A stretch of DNA of 64,000 nt from Auanema rhodensis (Eukaryota > Animalia > Nematoda). The stretch spans positions 1,860,001 to 1,924,000 of the forward strand of contig OZ059894.1 in assembly GCA_964057225.1 (NCBI GenBank), written 5' to 3'. Positions 41,067 to 55,800 of this stretch are shown here, in pieces. The notes below the pieces were generated by a model. That model worked only from the letters and a program-made list of their open reading frames with translations, had not been told where the DNA came from and made no database searches. Position 1 is the first letter of the stretch; each line of letters opens with the position of its first letter. The position numbers were made by a program, and so were the translations under genes.

Positions 41067-44000
41067 AAAGTAGATGTTTTTGAATTCCTTTTTTTAAGGC
41101 AAAGACGATGGACAATGTTATTCAACGAAAAAATTAATTCTTCAGGGTGAAAATCGAGGATATAAGTGTGAACTTATATCAGTTGATATCTCGGTGCATT
41201 TTTAAGCTAGCGCAAATCTGATAACACAGATCGACGCAGCTTGAAAATCCGCATCGAATGCACTATACTACTTTGAGAAACGCTTAATACAAAAATTAGT
41301 TATGATCGTTTGAAAAATGATGCATTAGTGTATGTTGAGTTTCCATGTACACTCAACATAGCTTCCAAAAACATTTTGACAAAATTTTTTTCGAAAAATT
41401 TCAAAATAATTTAGCAGAAAGTAGATGTTTTTAGATTCCTTTTTTTAAGGCAAAGACGACAGACAATGTTATTCAACGAAAAAATTAATTCTTCAGGGTG
41501 AAAATCGAGGATATAAGTGTGAACTTATATCAGTTGATATCTCGGTGCATTTTTAAGCTAGCGCAAATCTGATAACACAGATCGACGCAGCTTGAAAATC
41601 CGCATCGAATGCACTATACTACATTGAGGAACGCTTAATACAAAAATTAGTTATGATCGTTTGAAAAATGATGCATTAGTGTATGTTGAGTTTCCATGTA
41701 CACTCAACATAGCTTCCAAAAACATTTTGACAAAAATTTTTTCGAAAAATTTCGAAATAATTTAGCAGAAAGTAGATGTTTTTAGATTCCTTTTTTTAAG
41801 GCAAAGACGATGGACAATGTTATTCAACGAAAAAATTAATTCTTCAGGGTGAAAATCGAGGATATAAGTGTGAACTTATATCAGTTGATATCTCGGTGCA
41901 TTTTTAAGCTAGCGCAAATCTGATAACACAGATCGACGCAGCTTGAAAATCCGCATCGAATGCACTATACTACATTGAGAAACGCTTAATACAAAAATTA
42001 GTTATGATCGTTTGAAAAATGATGCATTAGTTTATGTTGAGTTTCCATGTACACTCAACATTGCTTCCAAAAACATTTTGACAAAAATTTTTTCGAAAAA
42101 TTTCAAAATAATTTAGCAAAAAGTAGATGTTTTTAGATTCCTTTTTTCAAGGCGAAGACGATGGACATTGTTATTCAACGAAAAAATTAATTCTTCAGGG
42201 TGAAAATCGAGGATATAAGTGTGAACTTATATCAGTTGATATCTCGGTGCATTTTTAAGCTAGCGCAAATCTGATAACACAGATCGACGCAGCTTGAAAA
42301 TCCGCATCGAATGCACTATACTACATTGAGAAACGCTTAATACAAAAATTAGTTATGATCGTTTGAAAAATGATGCATTAGTGTATGTTGAGTTTCCATG
42401 TACACTCAACATAGCTTCCAAAAACATTTTGACAAAAATTTTTTCGAAAAATTTCAAAATAATTTAGCAGAAAGTAGATGTTTTTAGATTCCTTTTTTTA
42501 AGGCAAAGACGATGGACAATGTTATTCAACGAAAAAATTAATTCTTCAGGGTGAAAATCGAGGATATAAGTGTGAACTTATATCAGTTGATATCTCGGTG
42601 CATTTTTAAGCTAGCGCAAATCTGATAACACAGATCGACGCAGCTTGAAAATCCGCATCGAATGCACTATACTACATTGAGGAACGCTTAATACAAAAAT
42701 TAGTTATGATCGTTTGAAAAATGATGCATTAGTGTATGTTGAGTTTCCATGTACACTCAACATAGCTTCCAAAAACATTTTGACAAAAATTTTTTCGAAA
42801 AATTTCAAAATAATTTAGCAGAAAGTAGATGTTTTTAGATTCCTTTTTTTAAGGCAAAGACGATGGACAATGTTATTCAACGAAAAAATTAATTCTTCAG
42901 GGTGAAAATCGAGGATATAAGTGTGAACTTATATCAGTTGATATCTCGGTGCATTTTTAAGCTAGCGCAAATCTGATAACACAGATCGACGCAGCTTGAA
43001 AATACGCATCGAATGCCTTATACTACTTTGAGAAACGCTTAATACAAAAATTAGTTATGATCGTTTGAAAAATGATGCATTAGTGTATGTTGAGTTTCCA
43101 TGTACACTCAACATAGCTTCCAAAAACATTTTGACAAAAATTTTTTCGAAAAATTTCAAAATAATTTAGCAAAAAGTAGATGTTTTTAGATTCCTTTTTT
43201 CAAGGCAAAGACGATGGACAATGTTATTCAACAAAAAAATTAATTCTTCAGGGTGAAAATCGAGGATATAAGTGTGAACTTATCTCAGTTGATATCTCGG
43301 TGCATTTTTAAGCTAGCGCAAATCTGATAACACAGATCGACGCAGCTTGAAAATCCGCATCGAATGCACTATACTACATTGAGGAACGCTTAATACAAAA
43401 ATTAGTTATGATCGTTTGAAAAATGATGCATTAGTGTATGTTGAGTTTCCATGTACACTCAACATAGCTTCCAAAAACATTTTGACAAAAATTTTTTCGA
43501 AAAATTTCAAAATAATTTAGCAAAAAGTAGATGTTTTTAGATTCCTTTTTTCAAGGCAAAGACGATGGACAATGTTATTCAACAAAAAAATTAATTCTTC
43601 AGGGTGAAAATCGAGGATATAAGTGTGAACTTATCTCAGTTGATATCTCGGTGCATTTTTAAGCTAGCGCAAATCTGATAACACAGATCGACGCAGCTTG
43701 AAAATCCGCATCGAATGCACTATACTACTTTGAGAAACGCTTAATACAAAAATTAGTTATGATCGTTTGAAAAATGATGCATTAGTGTATGTTGAGTTTC
43801 CATGTACACTCAACATTGCTTCCAAAAACATTTTGACAAAAATTTTTTCGAAAAATTTCAAATTAATTTAGCAGAAAGTATATGTTTTTAGATTCCTTTT
43901 TTCAAGGCAAAGACGATGGACAATGTTATTCAACGAAAAAATTAATTCTTCAGGGTGAAAATCGAGGATATAAGTGTGAATTTATATCAGTTGATATCTC

Positions 44001-44576
44001 GGTGCATTTTTAAGCTAGCGCAAATCTGATAACACAGATCGACGCAGCTTAAAAATCCGCATCGAATGCACTATACTACATTGAGGAACGCTTAATACAA
44101 AAATTAGTTATGATCGTTTGAAAAATGATGCATTAGTGTATGTTGAGTTTCCATGTACACTCAACATAGCTTCCAAAAACATTTTGACAAAAATTTTTTC
44201 GAAAAATTTCAGAATAATTTAGCAAAAAGTAGATGTTTTTAGATTTCTTTTCTCAAGGCAAAGACGATGGACAATGTTATTCAACGAAAAAATTAATTCT
44301 TCAGGGTGAAAATCGAGGATATAAGTGTGAACTTATATCAGTTGATATCTCGGTGCATTTTTAAGCTAGCGCAAATCTGATAACACAGATCGACGCAGCT
44401 TGAAAATCCGCATCGAATGCACTATACTACTTTGAGAAACGCTTAATACAAAAATCAGTTATGATCGTTTGAAAAATGATGCATTAGTGTATGTTGAGTT
44501 TCCATGTACACTCAACATTGCTTCCAAAAACATTTTGACAAAAATTTTTTCGAAAAATTTCAAAATAATTTAGCAA
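40716..44576 (+). repeat. 11-monomer block A, copy 2 (M117-M127), offset 35 monomers = 12285 bp
   Basis: Same rare markers in the same order, starting with AG>GA at 41082. Confidence 0.88.
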
Positions 44577-45629
44577 AATGTAGATGTTTTTAGATTCCTT
44601 TTTTCAAGGCGAAGACGATGGACATTGTTATTCAACGAAAAAATTAATTCTTCAGGGTGAAAATCGAGGATATAAGTGTGAACTTATATCAGTTGATATC
44701 TCGGTGCATTTTTAAGCTAGCGCAAATCTGATAACACAGATCGACGCAGCTTGAAAATCCGCATCGAATGCACTATACTACATTGAGAAACGCTTAATAC
44801 AAAAATTAGTTATGATCGTTTGAAAAATGATGCATTAGTGTATGTTGAGTTTCCATGTACACTCAACATAGCTTCCAAAAACATTTTGACAAAAATTTTT
44901 TCGAAAAATTTCAAAATAATTTAGCAGAAAGTAGATGTTTTTAGATTCCTTTTTTTAAGGCAAAGACGATGGACAATGTTATTCAACGAAAAAATTAATT
45001 CTTCAGGGTGAAAATCGAGGATATAAGTGTGAACTTATATCAGTTGATATCTCGGTGCATTTTTAAGCTAGCGCAAATCTGATAACACAGATCGACGCAG
45101 CTTGAAAATCCGCATCGAATGCACTATACTACTTTGAGAAACGCTTAATACAAAAATTAGTTATGATCGTTTGAAAAATGATGCATTAGTATATGTTGAG
45201 TTTCCATGTACACTCAACATAGCTTCCAAAAACATTTTGACAAAATTTTTTTCAAAAAATTTCAAAATAATTTAGCAGAAAGTAGATGTTTTTAGATTCC
45301 TTTTTTTAAGGCAAAGACGATGGACAATGTTATTCAACGAAAAAATTAATTCTTCAGGGTGAAAATCGAGGATATAAGTGTGAACTTATATCAGTTGATA
45401 TCTCGTTGCATTTTTAAGCTAGCGCAAATCTGATAACACAGATCGACGCAGCTTGAAAATCCGCATCGAATGCACTATACTACTTTGAGAAACGCTTAAT
45501 ACAAAAATTAGTTATGATCGTTTGAAAAATGATGCATTAGTGTATGTTGAGTTTCCATGTACACTCAACATAGCTTCCAAAAACATTTTGACAAAATTTT
45601 TTTCAAAAAATTTCAAAATAATTTAGCAG

Positions 45630-48600
45630 AAAGTAGATGTTTTTAGATTCCTTTTTTTAAGGCAAAGACGATGGACAATGTTATTCAACGAAAAAATTAA
45701 TTCTTCAGGGTGAAAATCGAGGATATAAGTGTGAACTTATATCAGTTGATATCTCGTTGCATTTTTAAGCTAGCGCAAATCTGATAACACAGATCGACGC
45801 AGCTTGAAAATACGCATCGAATGCACTATACTACTTTGAGAAACGCTTAATACAAAAATTAGTTATGATCGTTTGAAAAATGATGCATTAGTGTATGTTG
45901 AGTTTCCATGTACACTCAACATAGCTTCCAAAAACATTTTGACAAAAATTTTTTCGAAAAATTTCAGAATAATTTAGCAAAAAGTAGATGTTTTTAGATT
46001 TCTTTTCTCAAGGCAAAGACGATGGACAATGTTATTCAACGAAAAAATTAATTCTTCAGGGTGAAAATCGAGGATATAAGTGTGAACTTATATCAGTTGA
46101 TATCTCGGTGCATTTTTAAGCTAGCGCAAATCTGATAACACAGATCGACGCAGCTTGAAAATCCGCATCGAATGCACTATACTACTTTGAGAAACGCTTA
46201 ATACAAAAATTAGTTATGATCGTTTGAAAAATGATGCATTAGTGTATGTTGAGTTTCCATGTACACTCAACATTGCTTCCAAAAAAATTTTGACAAAAAT
46301 TTTTTCGAAAAATTTCAAATTAATTTAGCAGAAAGTGTATGTTTTTAGATTTCTTTTTTCAAGGCAAAGACGATGGACAATGTTATTCAACGAAAAAATT
46401 AATTCTTCAGGGTGAAAATCGAGGATATAAGTGTGAATTTATATCAGTTGATATCTCGGTGCATTTTTAAGCTAGCGCAAATCTGATAACACAGATCGAC
46501 GCAGCTTGAAAATCCGCATTGAATGCACTATACTACATTGAGGAACGCTTAATACAAAAATTAGTTATGATCGTTTGAAAAATGATGCATTAGTGTATGT
46601 TGAGTTTCCATGTACACTCAACATTGCTTCCAAAAACATTTTGACAAAAATTTTTTCGAAAAATTTCAAATTAATTTAGCAGAAAGTATATGTTTTTAGA
46701 TTCCTTTTTTCAAGGCAAAGACGATGGACAATGTTATTCAACGAAAAAATTAATTCTTCAGGGTGAAAATCGAGGATATAAGTGTGAATTTATATCAGTT
46801 GATATCTCGGTGCATTTTTAAGCTAGCGCAAATCTGATAACACAGATCGACGCAGCTTAAAAATCCGCATCGAATGCACTATACTACATTGAGGAACGCT
46901 TAATACAAAAATTAGTTATGATCGTTTGAAAAATGATGCATTAGTGTATGTTGAGTTTCCATGTACACTCAACATAGCTTCCAAAAACATTTTGACAAAA
47001 ATTTTTTCGAAAAATTTCAGAATAATTTAGCAAAAAGTAGATGTTTTTAGATTTCTTTTCTCAAGGCAAAGACGATGGACAATGTTATTCAACGAAAAAA
47101 TTAATTCTTCAGGGTGAAAATCGAGGATATAAGTGTGAACTTATATCAGTTGATATCTCGGTGCATTTTTAAGCTAGCGCAAATCTGATAACACAGATCG
47201 ACGCAGCTTGAAAATCCGCATCGAATGCACTATACTACTTTGAGAAACGCTTAATACAAAAATCAGTTATGATCGTTTGAAAAATGATGCATTAGTGTAT
47301 GTTGAGTTTCCATGTACACTCAACATTGCTTCCAAAAACATTTTGACAAAAATTTTTTCGAAAAATTTCAAAATAATTTAGCAAAAAGTAGATGTTTTTA
47401 GATTCCTTTTTTCAAGGCGAAGACGATGGACATTGTTATTCAACGAAAAAATTAATTCTTCAGGGTGAAAATCGAGGATATAAGTGTGAACTTATATCAG
47501 TTGATATCTCGGTGCATTTTTAAGCTAGCGCAAATCTGATAACACAGATCGACGCAGCTTGAAAATCCGCATCGAATGCACTTTACTACATTGAGAAACG
47601 CTTAATACAAAAATTAGTTATGATCGTTTGAAAAATGATGCATTAGTGTATGTTGAGTTTCCATGTACACTCAACATAGCTTCCAAAAACATTTTGACAA
47701 AAATTTTTTCGAAAAATTTCAAAATAATTTAGCAGAAAGTAGATGTTTTTAGATTCCTTTTTTTAAGGCAAAGACGATGGACAATGTTATTCAACGAAAA
47801 AATTAATTCTTCAGGGTGAAAATCGAGGATATAAGTGTGAACTTATATCAGTTGATATCTCGTTGCATTTTTAAGCTAGCGCAAATCTGATAACACAGAT
47901 CGACGCAGCTTGAAAATACGCATCGAATGCACTATACTACTTTGAGAAACGCTTAATACAAAAATTAGTTATGATCGTTTGAAAAATGATGCATTAGTGT
48001 ATGTTGAGTTTCCATGTACACTCAACATAGCTTCCAAAAACATTTTGACAAAAATTTTTTCGAAAAATTTCAGAATAATTTAGCAAAAAGTAGATGTTTT
48101 TAGATTTCTTTTCTCAAGGCAAAGACGATGGACAATGTTATTCAACGAAAAAATTAATTCTTCAGGGTGAAAATCGAGGATATAAGTGTGAACTTATATC
48201 AGTTGATATCTCGGTGCATTTTTAAGCTAGCGCAAATCTGATAACACAGATCGACGCAGCTTGAAAATCCGCATCGAATGCACTATACTACTTTGAGAAA
48301 CGCTTAATACAAAAATTAGTTATGATCGTTTGAAAAATGATGCATTAGTGTATGTTGAGTTTCCATGTACACTCAACATAGCTTCCAAAAACATTTTGAC
48401 AAAATTTTTTTCGAAAAATTTCAAATTAATTTAGCAGAAAGTATATGTTTTTAGATTTCTTTTTTCAAGGCAAAGACGATGGACAATGTTATTCAACGAA
48501 AAAATTAATTCTTCAGGGTGAAAATCGAGGATATAAGTGTGAATTTATATCAGTTGATATCTCGGTGCATTTTTAAGCTAGCGCAAATCTGATAACACAG

Positions 48601-49841
48601 ATCGACGCAGCTTGAAAATCCGCATTGAATGCACTATACTACATTGAGGAACGCTTAATACAAAAATTAGTTATGATCGTTTGAAAAATGATGCATTAGT
48701 GTATGTTGAGTTTCCATGTACACTCAACATAGCTTCCAAAAACATTTTGACAAAAATTTTTTCGAAAAATTTCAAAATAATTTAGCAGAAAGTAGATGTT
48801 TTTAGATTCCTTTTTTTAAGGCAAAGACGATGGACAATGTTATTCAACGAAAAAATTAATTCTTCAGGGTGAAAATCGAGAATATAAGTGTGAACTTATA
48901 TCAGTTGATATCTCGGTGCATTTTTAAGCTAGCGCAAATCTGATAACACAGATCGACGCAGCTTGAAAATCCGCATCGAATGCACTATACTACATTGAGG
49001 AACGCTTAATACAAAAATTAGTTATGATCGTTTGAAAAATGATGCATTAGTGTATGTTGAGTTTCCATGTACACTCAACATAGCTTCCAAAAACATTTTG
49101 ACAAAAATTTTTTCGAAAAATTTCAAAATAATTTAGCAGAAAGTAGATGTTTTTAGATTCCTTTTTTTAAGGCAAAGACGATGGACAATGTTATTCAACG
49201 AAAAAATTAATTCTTCAGGGTGAAAATCGAGGATATAAGTGTGAACTTATATCAGTTGATATCTCGGTGCATTTTTAAGCTAGCGCAAATCTGATAACAC
49301 AGATCGACGCAGCTTGAAAATCCGCATCGAATGCACTATACTACTTTGAGAAACGCTTAATACAAAAATTAGTTATGATCGTTTGAAAAATGATGCATTA
49401 GTGTATGTTGAGTTTCCATGTACACTCAACATAGCTTCCAAAAACATTTTGACAAAATTTTTTTCGAAAAATTTCAAAATAATTTAGCAGAAAGTAGATG
49501 TTTTTAGATTCCTTTTTTTAAGGCAAAGACGACAGACAATGTTATTCAACGAAAAAATTAATTCTTCAGGGTGAAAATCGAGGATATAAGTGTGAACTTA
49601 TATCAGTTGATATCTCGGTGCATTTTTAAGCTAGCGCAAATCTGATAACACAGATCGACGCAGCTTGAAAATCCGCATCGAATGCACTATACTACATTGA
49701 GGAACGCTTAATACAAAAATTAGTTATGATCGTTTGAAAAATGATGCATTAGTGTATGTTGAGTTTCCATGTACACTCAACATAGCTTCCAAAAACATTT
49801 TGACAAAAATTTTTTCGAAAAATTTCAAAATAATTTAGCAG
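45630..49841 (+). repeat. 12-monomer block B, copy 2 (M131-M142), offset 33 monomers from copy 1
   Basis: Same order as copy 1, with private changes at 46337 and 47583. M138 lacks A294T and C306A. Confidence 0.86.
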
Positions 49842-52800
49842 AAAGTAGATGTTTTTAGATTCCTTTTTTTAAGGCAAAGACGATGGACAATGTTATTCAA
49901 CGAAAAAATTAATTCTTCAGGGTGAAAATCGAGGATATAAGTGTGAACTTATATCAGTTGATATCTCGTTGCATTTTTAAGCTAGCGCAAATCTGATAAC
50001 ACAGATCGACGCAGCTTGAAAATACGCATCGAATGCACTATACTACATTGAGGAACGCTTAATACAAAAATTAGTTATGATCGTTTGAAAAATGATGCAT
50101 TAGTGTATGTTGAGTTTCCATGTACACTCAACATAGCTTCCAAAAACATTTTGACAAAAATTTTTTCGAAAAATTTCAGAATAATTTAACAAAAAGTAGA
50201 TGTTTTTAGATTTCTTTTCTCAAGGCAAAGACGATGGACAATGTTATTCAACGAAAAAATTAATTCTTCAGGGTGAAAATCGAGGATATAAGTGTGAACT
50301 TATATCAGTTGATATCTCGGTGCATTTTTAAGCTAGCGCAAATCTGATAACACAGATCGACGCAGCTTGAAAATCCGCATCGAATGCACTATACTACTTT
50401 GAGAAACGCTTAATACAAAAATTAGTTATGATCGTTTGAAAAATGATGCATTAGTGTATGTTGAGTTTCCATGTACACTCAACATTGCTTCCAAAAAAAT
50501 TTTGACAAAAATTTTTTCGAAAAATTTCAAATTAATTTAGCAGAAAGTATATGTTTTTAGATTTCTTTTTTCAAGGCAAAGACGATGGACAATGTTATTC
50601 AACGAAAAAATTAATTCTTCAGGGTGAAAATCGAGGATATAAGTGTGAATTTATATCAGTTGATATCTCGGTGCATTTTTAAGCTAGCGCAAATCTGATA
50701 ACACAGATCGACGCAGCTTGAAAATCCGCATTGAATGCACTATACTACATTGAGGAACGCTTAATACAAAAATTAGTTATGATCGTTTGAAAAATGATGC
50801 ATTAGTGTATGTTGAGTTTCCATGTACACTCAACATAGCTTCCAAAAACATTTTGACAAAACTTTTTTCGAAAAATTTCAAAATAATTTAGCAGAAAGTA
50901 GATGTTTTTAAGATTCCTTTTTTTAAGGCAAAGACGATGGACAATGTTATTCAACGAAAAAATTAATTCTTCAGGGTGAAAATCGAGAATATAAGTGTGA
51001 ACTTATATCAGTTGATATCTCGGTGCATTTTTAAGCTAGCGCAAATCTGATAACACAGATCGACGCAGCTTGAAAATCCGCATCGAATGCACTATACTAC
51101 ATTGAGGAACGCTTAATACAAAAATTAGTTATGATCGTTTGAAAAATGATGCATTAGTGTATGTTGAGTTTCCATGTACACTCAACATAGCTTCCAAAAA
51201 CATTTTGACAAAAATTTTTTCGAAAAATTTCAAAATAATTTAGCAGAAAGTAGATGTTTTTAGATTCCTTTTTTTAAGGCAAAGACGATGGACAATGTTA
51301 TTCAACGAAAAAATTAATTCTTCAGGGTGAAAATCGAGGATATAAGTGTGAACTTATATCAGTTGATATCTCGGTGCATTTTTAAGCTAGCGCAAATCTG
51401 ATAACACAGATCGACGCAGCTTGAAAATCCGCATCGAATGCACTATACTACATTGAGGAACGCTTAATACAAAAATTAGTTATGATCGTTTGAAAAATGA
51501 TGCATTAGTGTATGTTGAGTTTCCATGTACACTCAACATAGCTTCCAAAAACATTTTGACAAAAATTTTTTCGAAAAATTTCAAAATAATTTAGCAGAAA
51601 GTAGATGTTTTTAGATTCCTTTTTTTAAGGCAAAGACGATGGACAATGTTATTCAACGAAAAAATTAATTCTTCAGGGTGAAAATCGAGGATATAAGTGT
51701 GAACTTATATCAGTTGATATCTCGGTGCATTTTTAAGCTAGCGCAAATCTGATAACACAGATCGACGCAGCTTGAAAATCCGCATCGAATGCACTATACT
51801 ACTTTGAGAAACGCTTAATACAAAAATTAGTTATGATCGTTTGAAAAATGATGCATTAGTGTATGTTGAGTTTCCATGTACACTCAACATAGCTTCCAAA
51901 AACATTTTGACAAAATTTTTTTCGAAAAATTTCAAAATAATTTAGCAGAAAGTAGATGTTTTTAGATTCCTTTTTTTAAGGCAAAGACGATGGACAATGT
52001 TATTCAACGAAAAAATTAATTCTTCAGGGTGAAAATCGAGGATATAAGTGTGAACTTATATCAGTTGATATCTCGGTGCATTTTTAAGCTAGCGCAAATC
52101 TGATAACACAGATCGACGCAGCTTGAAAATCCGCATCGAATGCACTATACTACATTGAGAAACGCTTAATACAAAAATTAGTTATGATCGTTTGAAAAAT
52201 GATGCATTAGTTTATGTTGAGTTTCCATGTACACTCAACATTGCTTCCAAAAACATTTTGACAAAAATTTTTTCGAAAAATTTCAAAATAATTTAGCAAA
52301 AAGTAGATGTTTTTAGATTCCTTTTTTCAAGGCGAAGACGATGGACATTGTTATTCAACGAAAAAATTAATTCTTCAGGGTGAAAATCGAGGATATAAGT
52401 GTGAACTTATATCAGTTGATATCTCGGTGCATTTTTAAGCTAGCGCAAATCTGATAACACAGATCGACGCAGCTTGAAAATCCGCATCGAATGCACTATA
52501 CTACATTGAGGAACGCTTAATACAAAAATTAGTTATGATCGTTTGAAAAATGATGCATTAGTGTATGTTGAGTTTCCATGTACACTCAACATAGCTTCCA
52601 AAAACATTTTGACAAAAATTTTTTCGAAAAATTTCAAAATAATTTAGCAGAAAGTAGATGTTTTTAGATTCCTTTTTTTAAGGCAAAGACGATGGACAAT
52701 GTTATTCAACGAAAAAATTAATTCTTCAGGGTGAAAATCGAGGATATAAGTGTGAACTTATATCAGTTGATATCTCGGTGCATTTTTAAGCTAGCGCAAA

Positions 52801-55800
52801 TCTGATAACACAGATCGACGCAGCTTGAAAATCCGCATCGAATGCACTATACTACATTGAGGAACGCTTAATACAAAAATTAGTTATGATCGTTTGAAAA
52901 ATGATGCATTAGTGTATGTTGAGTTTCCATGTACACTCAACATAGCTTCCAAAAACATTTTGACAAAAATTTTTTCGAAAAATTTCAAAATAATTTAGCA
53001 GAAAGTAGATGTTTTTAGATTCCTTTTTTTAAGGCAAAGACGATGGACAATGTTATTCAACGAAAAAATTAATTCTTCAGGGTGAAAATCGAGGATATAA
53101 GTGTGAACTTATATCAGTTGATATCTCGGTGCATTTTTAAGCTAGCGCAAATCTGATAACACAGATCGACGCAGCTTGAAAATCCGCATCGAATGCACTA
53201 TACTACATTGAGGAACGCTTAATACAAAAATTAGTTATGATCGTTTGAAAAATGATGCATTAGTGTATGTTGAGTTTCCATGTACACTCAACATAGCTTC
53301 CAAAAACATTTTGACAAAAATTTTTTCGAAAAATTTCAAAATAATTTAGCAGAAAGTAGATGTTTTTAGATTCCTTTTTTTAAGGCAAAGACGATGGACA
53401 ATGTTATTCAACGAAAAAATTAATTCTTCAGGGTGAAAATCGAGGATATAAGTGTGAACTTATATCAGTTGATATCTCGGTGCATTTTTAAGCTAGCGCA
53501 AATCTGATAACACAGATCGACGCAGCTTGAAAATCCGCATCGAATGCACTATACTACTTTGAGAAACGCTTAATACAAAAATTAGTTATGATCGTTTGAA
53601 AAATGATGCATTAGTGTATGTTGAGTTTCCATGTACACTCAACATAGCTTCCAAAAACATTTTGACAAAATTTTTTTCGAAAAATTTCAAAATAATTTAG
53701 CAGAAAGTAGATGTTTTTAGATTCCTTTTTTTAAGGCAAAGACGACAGACAATGTTATTCAACGAAAAAATTAATTCTTCAGGGTGAAAATCGAGGATAT
53801 AAGTGTGAACTTATATCAGTTGATATCTCGGTGCATTTTTAAGCTAGCGCAAATCTGATAACACAGATCGACGCAGCTTAAAAATCCGCATCGAATGCAC
53901 TATACTACATTGAGGAACGCTTAATACAAAAATTAGTTATGATCGTTTGAAAAATGATGCATTAGTGTATGTTGAGTTTCCATGTACACTCAACATAGCT
54001 TCCAAAAACATTTTGACAAAAATTTTTTCGAAAAATTTCAGAATAATTTAGCAAAAAGTAGATGTTTTTAGATTTCTTTTCTCAAGGCAAAGACGATGGA
54101 CAATGTTATTCAACGAAAAAATTAATTCTTCAGGGTGAAAATCGAGGATATAAGTGTGAACTTATATCAGTTGATATCTCGGTGCATTTTTAAGCTAGCG
54201 CAAATCTGATAACACAGATCGACGCAGCTTGAAAATCCGCATCGAATGCACTATACTACATTGAGAAACGCTTAATACAAAAATTAGTTATGATCGTTTG
54301 AAAAATGATGCATTAGTGTATGTTGAGTTTCCATGTACACTCAACATAGCTTCCAAAAACATTTTGACAAAAATTTTTTCGAAAAATTTCAAAATAATTT
54401 AGCAGAAAGTAGATGTTTTTAGATTCCTTTTTTTAAGGCAAAGACGATGGACAATGTTATTCAACGAAAAAATTAATTCTTCAGGGTGAAAATCGAGGAT
54501 ATAAGTGTGAACTTATATCAGTTGATATCTCGGTGCATTTTTAAGCTAGCGCAAATCTGATAACACAGATCGACGCAGCTTGAAAATACGCATCGAATGC
54601 ACTATACTACTTTGAGAAACGCTTAATACAAAAATTAGTTATGATCGTTTGAAAAATGATGCATTAGTGTATGTTGAGTTTCCATGTACACTCAACATAG
54701 CTTCCAAAAACATTTTGACAAAAATTTTTTCGAAAAATTTCGAAATAATTTAGCAGAAAGTAGATGTTTTTAGATTCCTTTTTTTAAGGCAAAGACGATG
54801 GACAATGTTATTCAACGAAAAAATTAATTCTTCAGGGTGAAAATCGAGGATATAAGTGTGAACTTATATCAGTTGATATCTCGGTGCATTTTTAAGCTAG
54901 CGCAAATCTGATAACACAGATCGACGCAGCTTGAAAATCCGCATCGAATGCACTATACTACTTTGAGAAACGCTTAATACAAAAATTAGTTATGATCGTT
55001 TGAAAAATGATGCATTAGTGTATGTTGAGTTTCCATGTACACTCAACATAGCTTCCAAAAACATTTTGACAAAATTTTTTTCAAAAAATTTCAAAATAAT
55101 TTAGCAGAAAGTAGATGTTTTTAGATTCCTTTTTTTAAGGCAAAGACGATGGACAATGTTATTCAACGAAAAAATTAATTCTTCAGGGTGAAAATCGAGG
55201 ATATAAGTGTGAACTTATATCAGTTGATATCTCGGTGCATTTTTAAGCTAGCGCAAATCTGATAACACAGATCGACGCAGCTTGAAAATCCGCATCGAAT
55301 GCACTATACTACTTTGAGAAACGCTTAATACAAAAATTAGTTATGATCGTTTGAAAAATGATGCATTAGTGTATGTTGAGTTTCCATGTACACTCAACAT
55401 AGCTTCCAAAAACATTTTGACAAAAATTTTTTCGAAAAATTTCAAAATAATTTAGCAGAAAGTAGATGTTTTTAGATTCCTTTTTTTAAGGCAAAGACGA
55501 TGGACAATGTTATTCAACGAAAAAATTAATTCTTCAGGGTGAAAATCGAGGATATAAGTGTGAACTTATATCAGTTGATATCTCGGTGCATTTTTAAGCT
55601 AGCGCAAATCTGATAACACAGATCGACGCAGCTTGAAAATACGCATCGAATGCACTATACTACTTTGAGAAACGCTTAATACAAAAATTAGTTATGATCG
55701 TTTGAAAAATGATGCATTAGTGTATGTTGAGTTTCCATGTACACTCAACATAGCTTCCAAAAACATTTTGACAAAAATTTTTTCGAAAAATTTCGAAATA

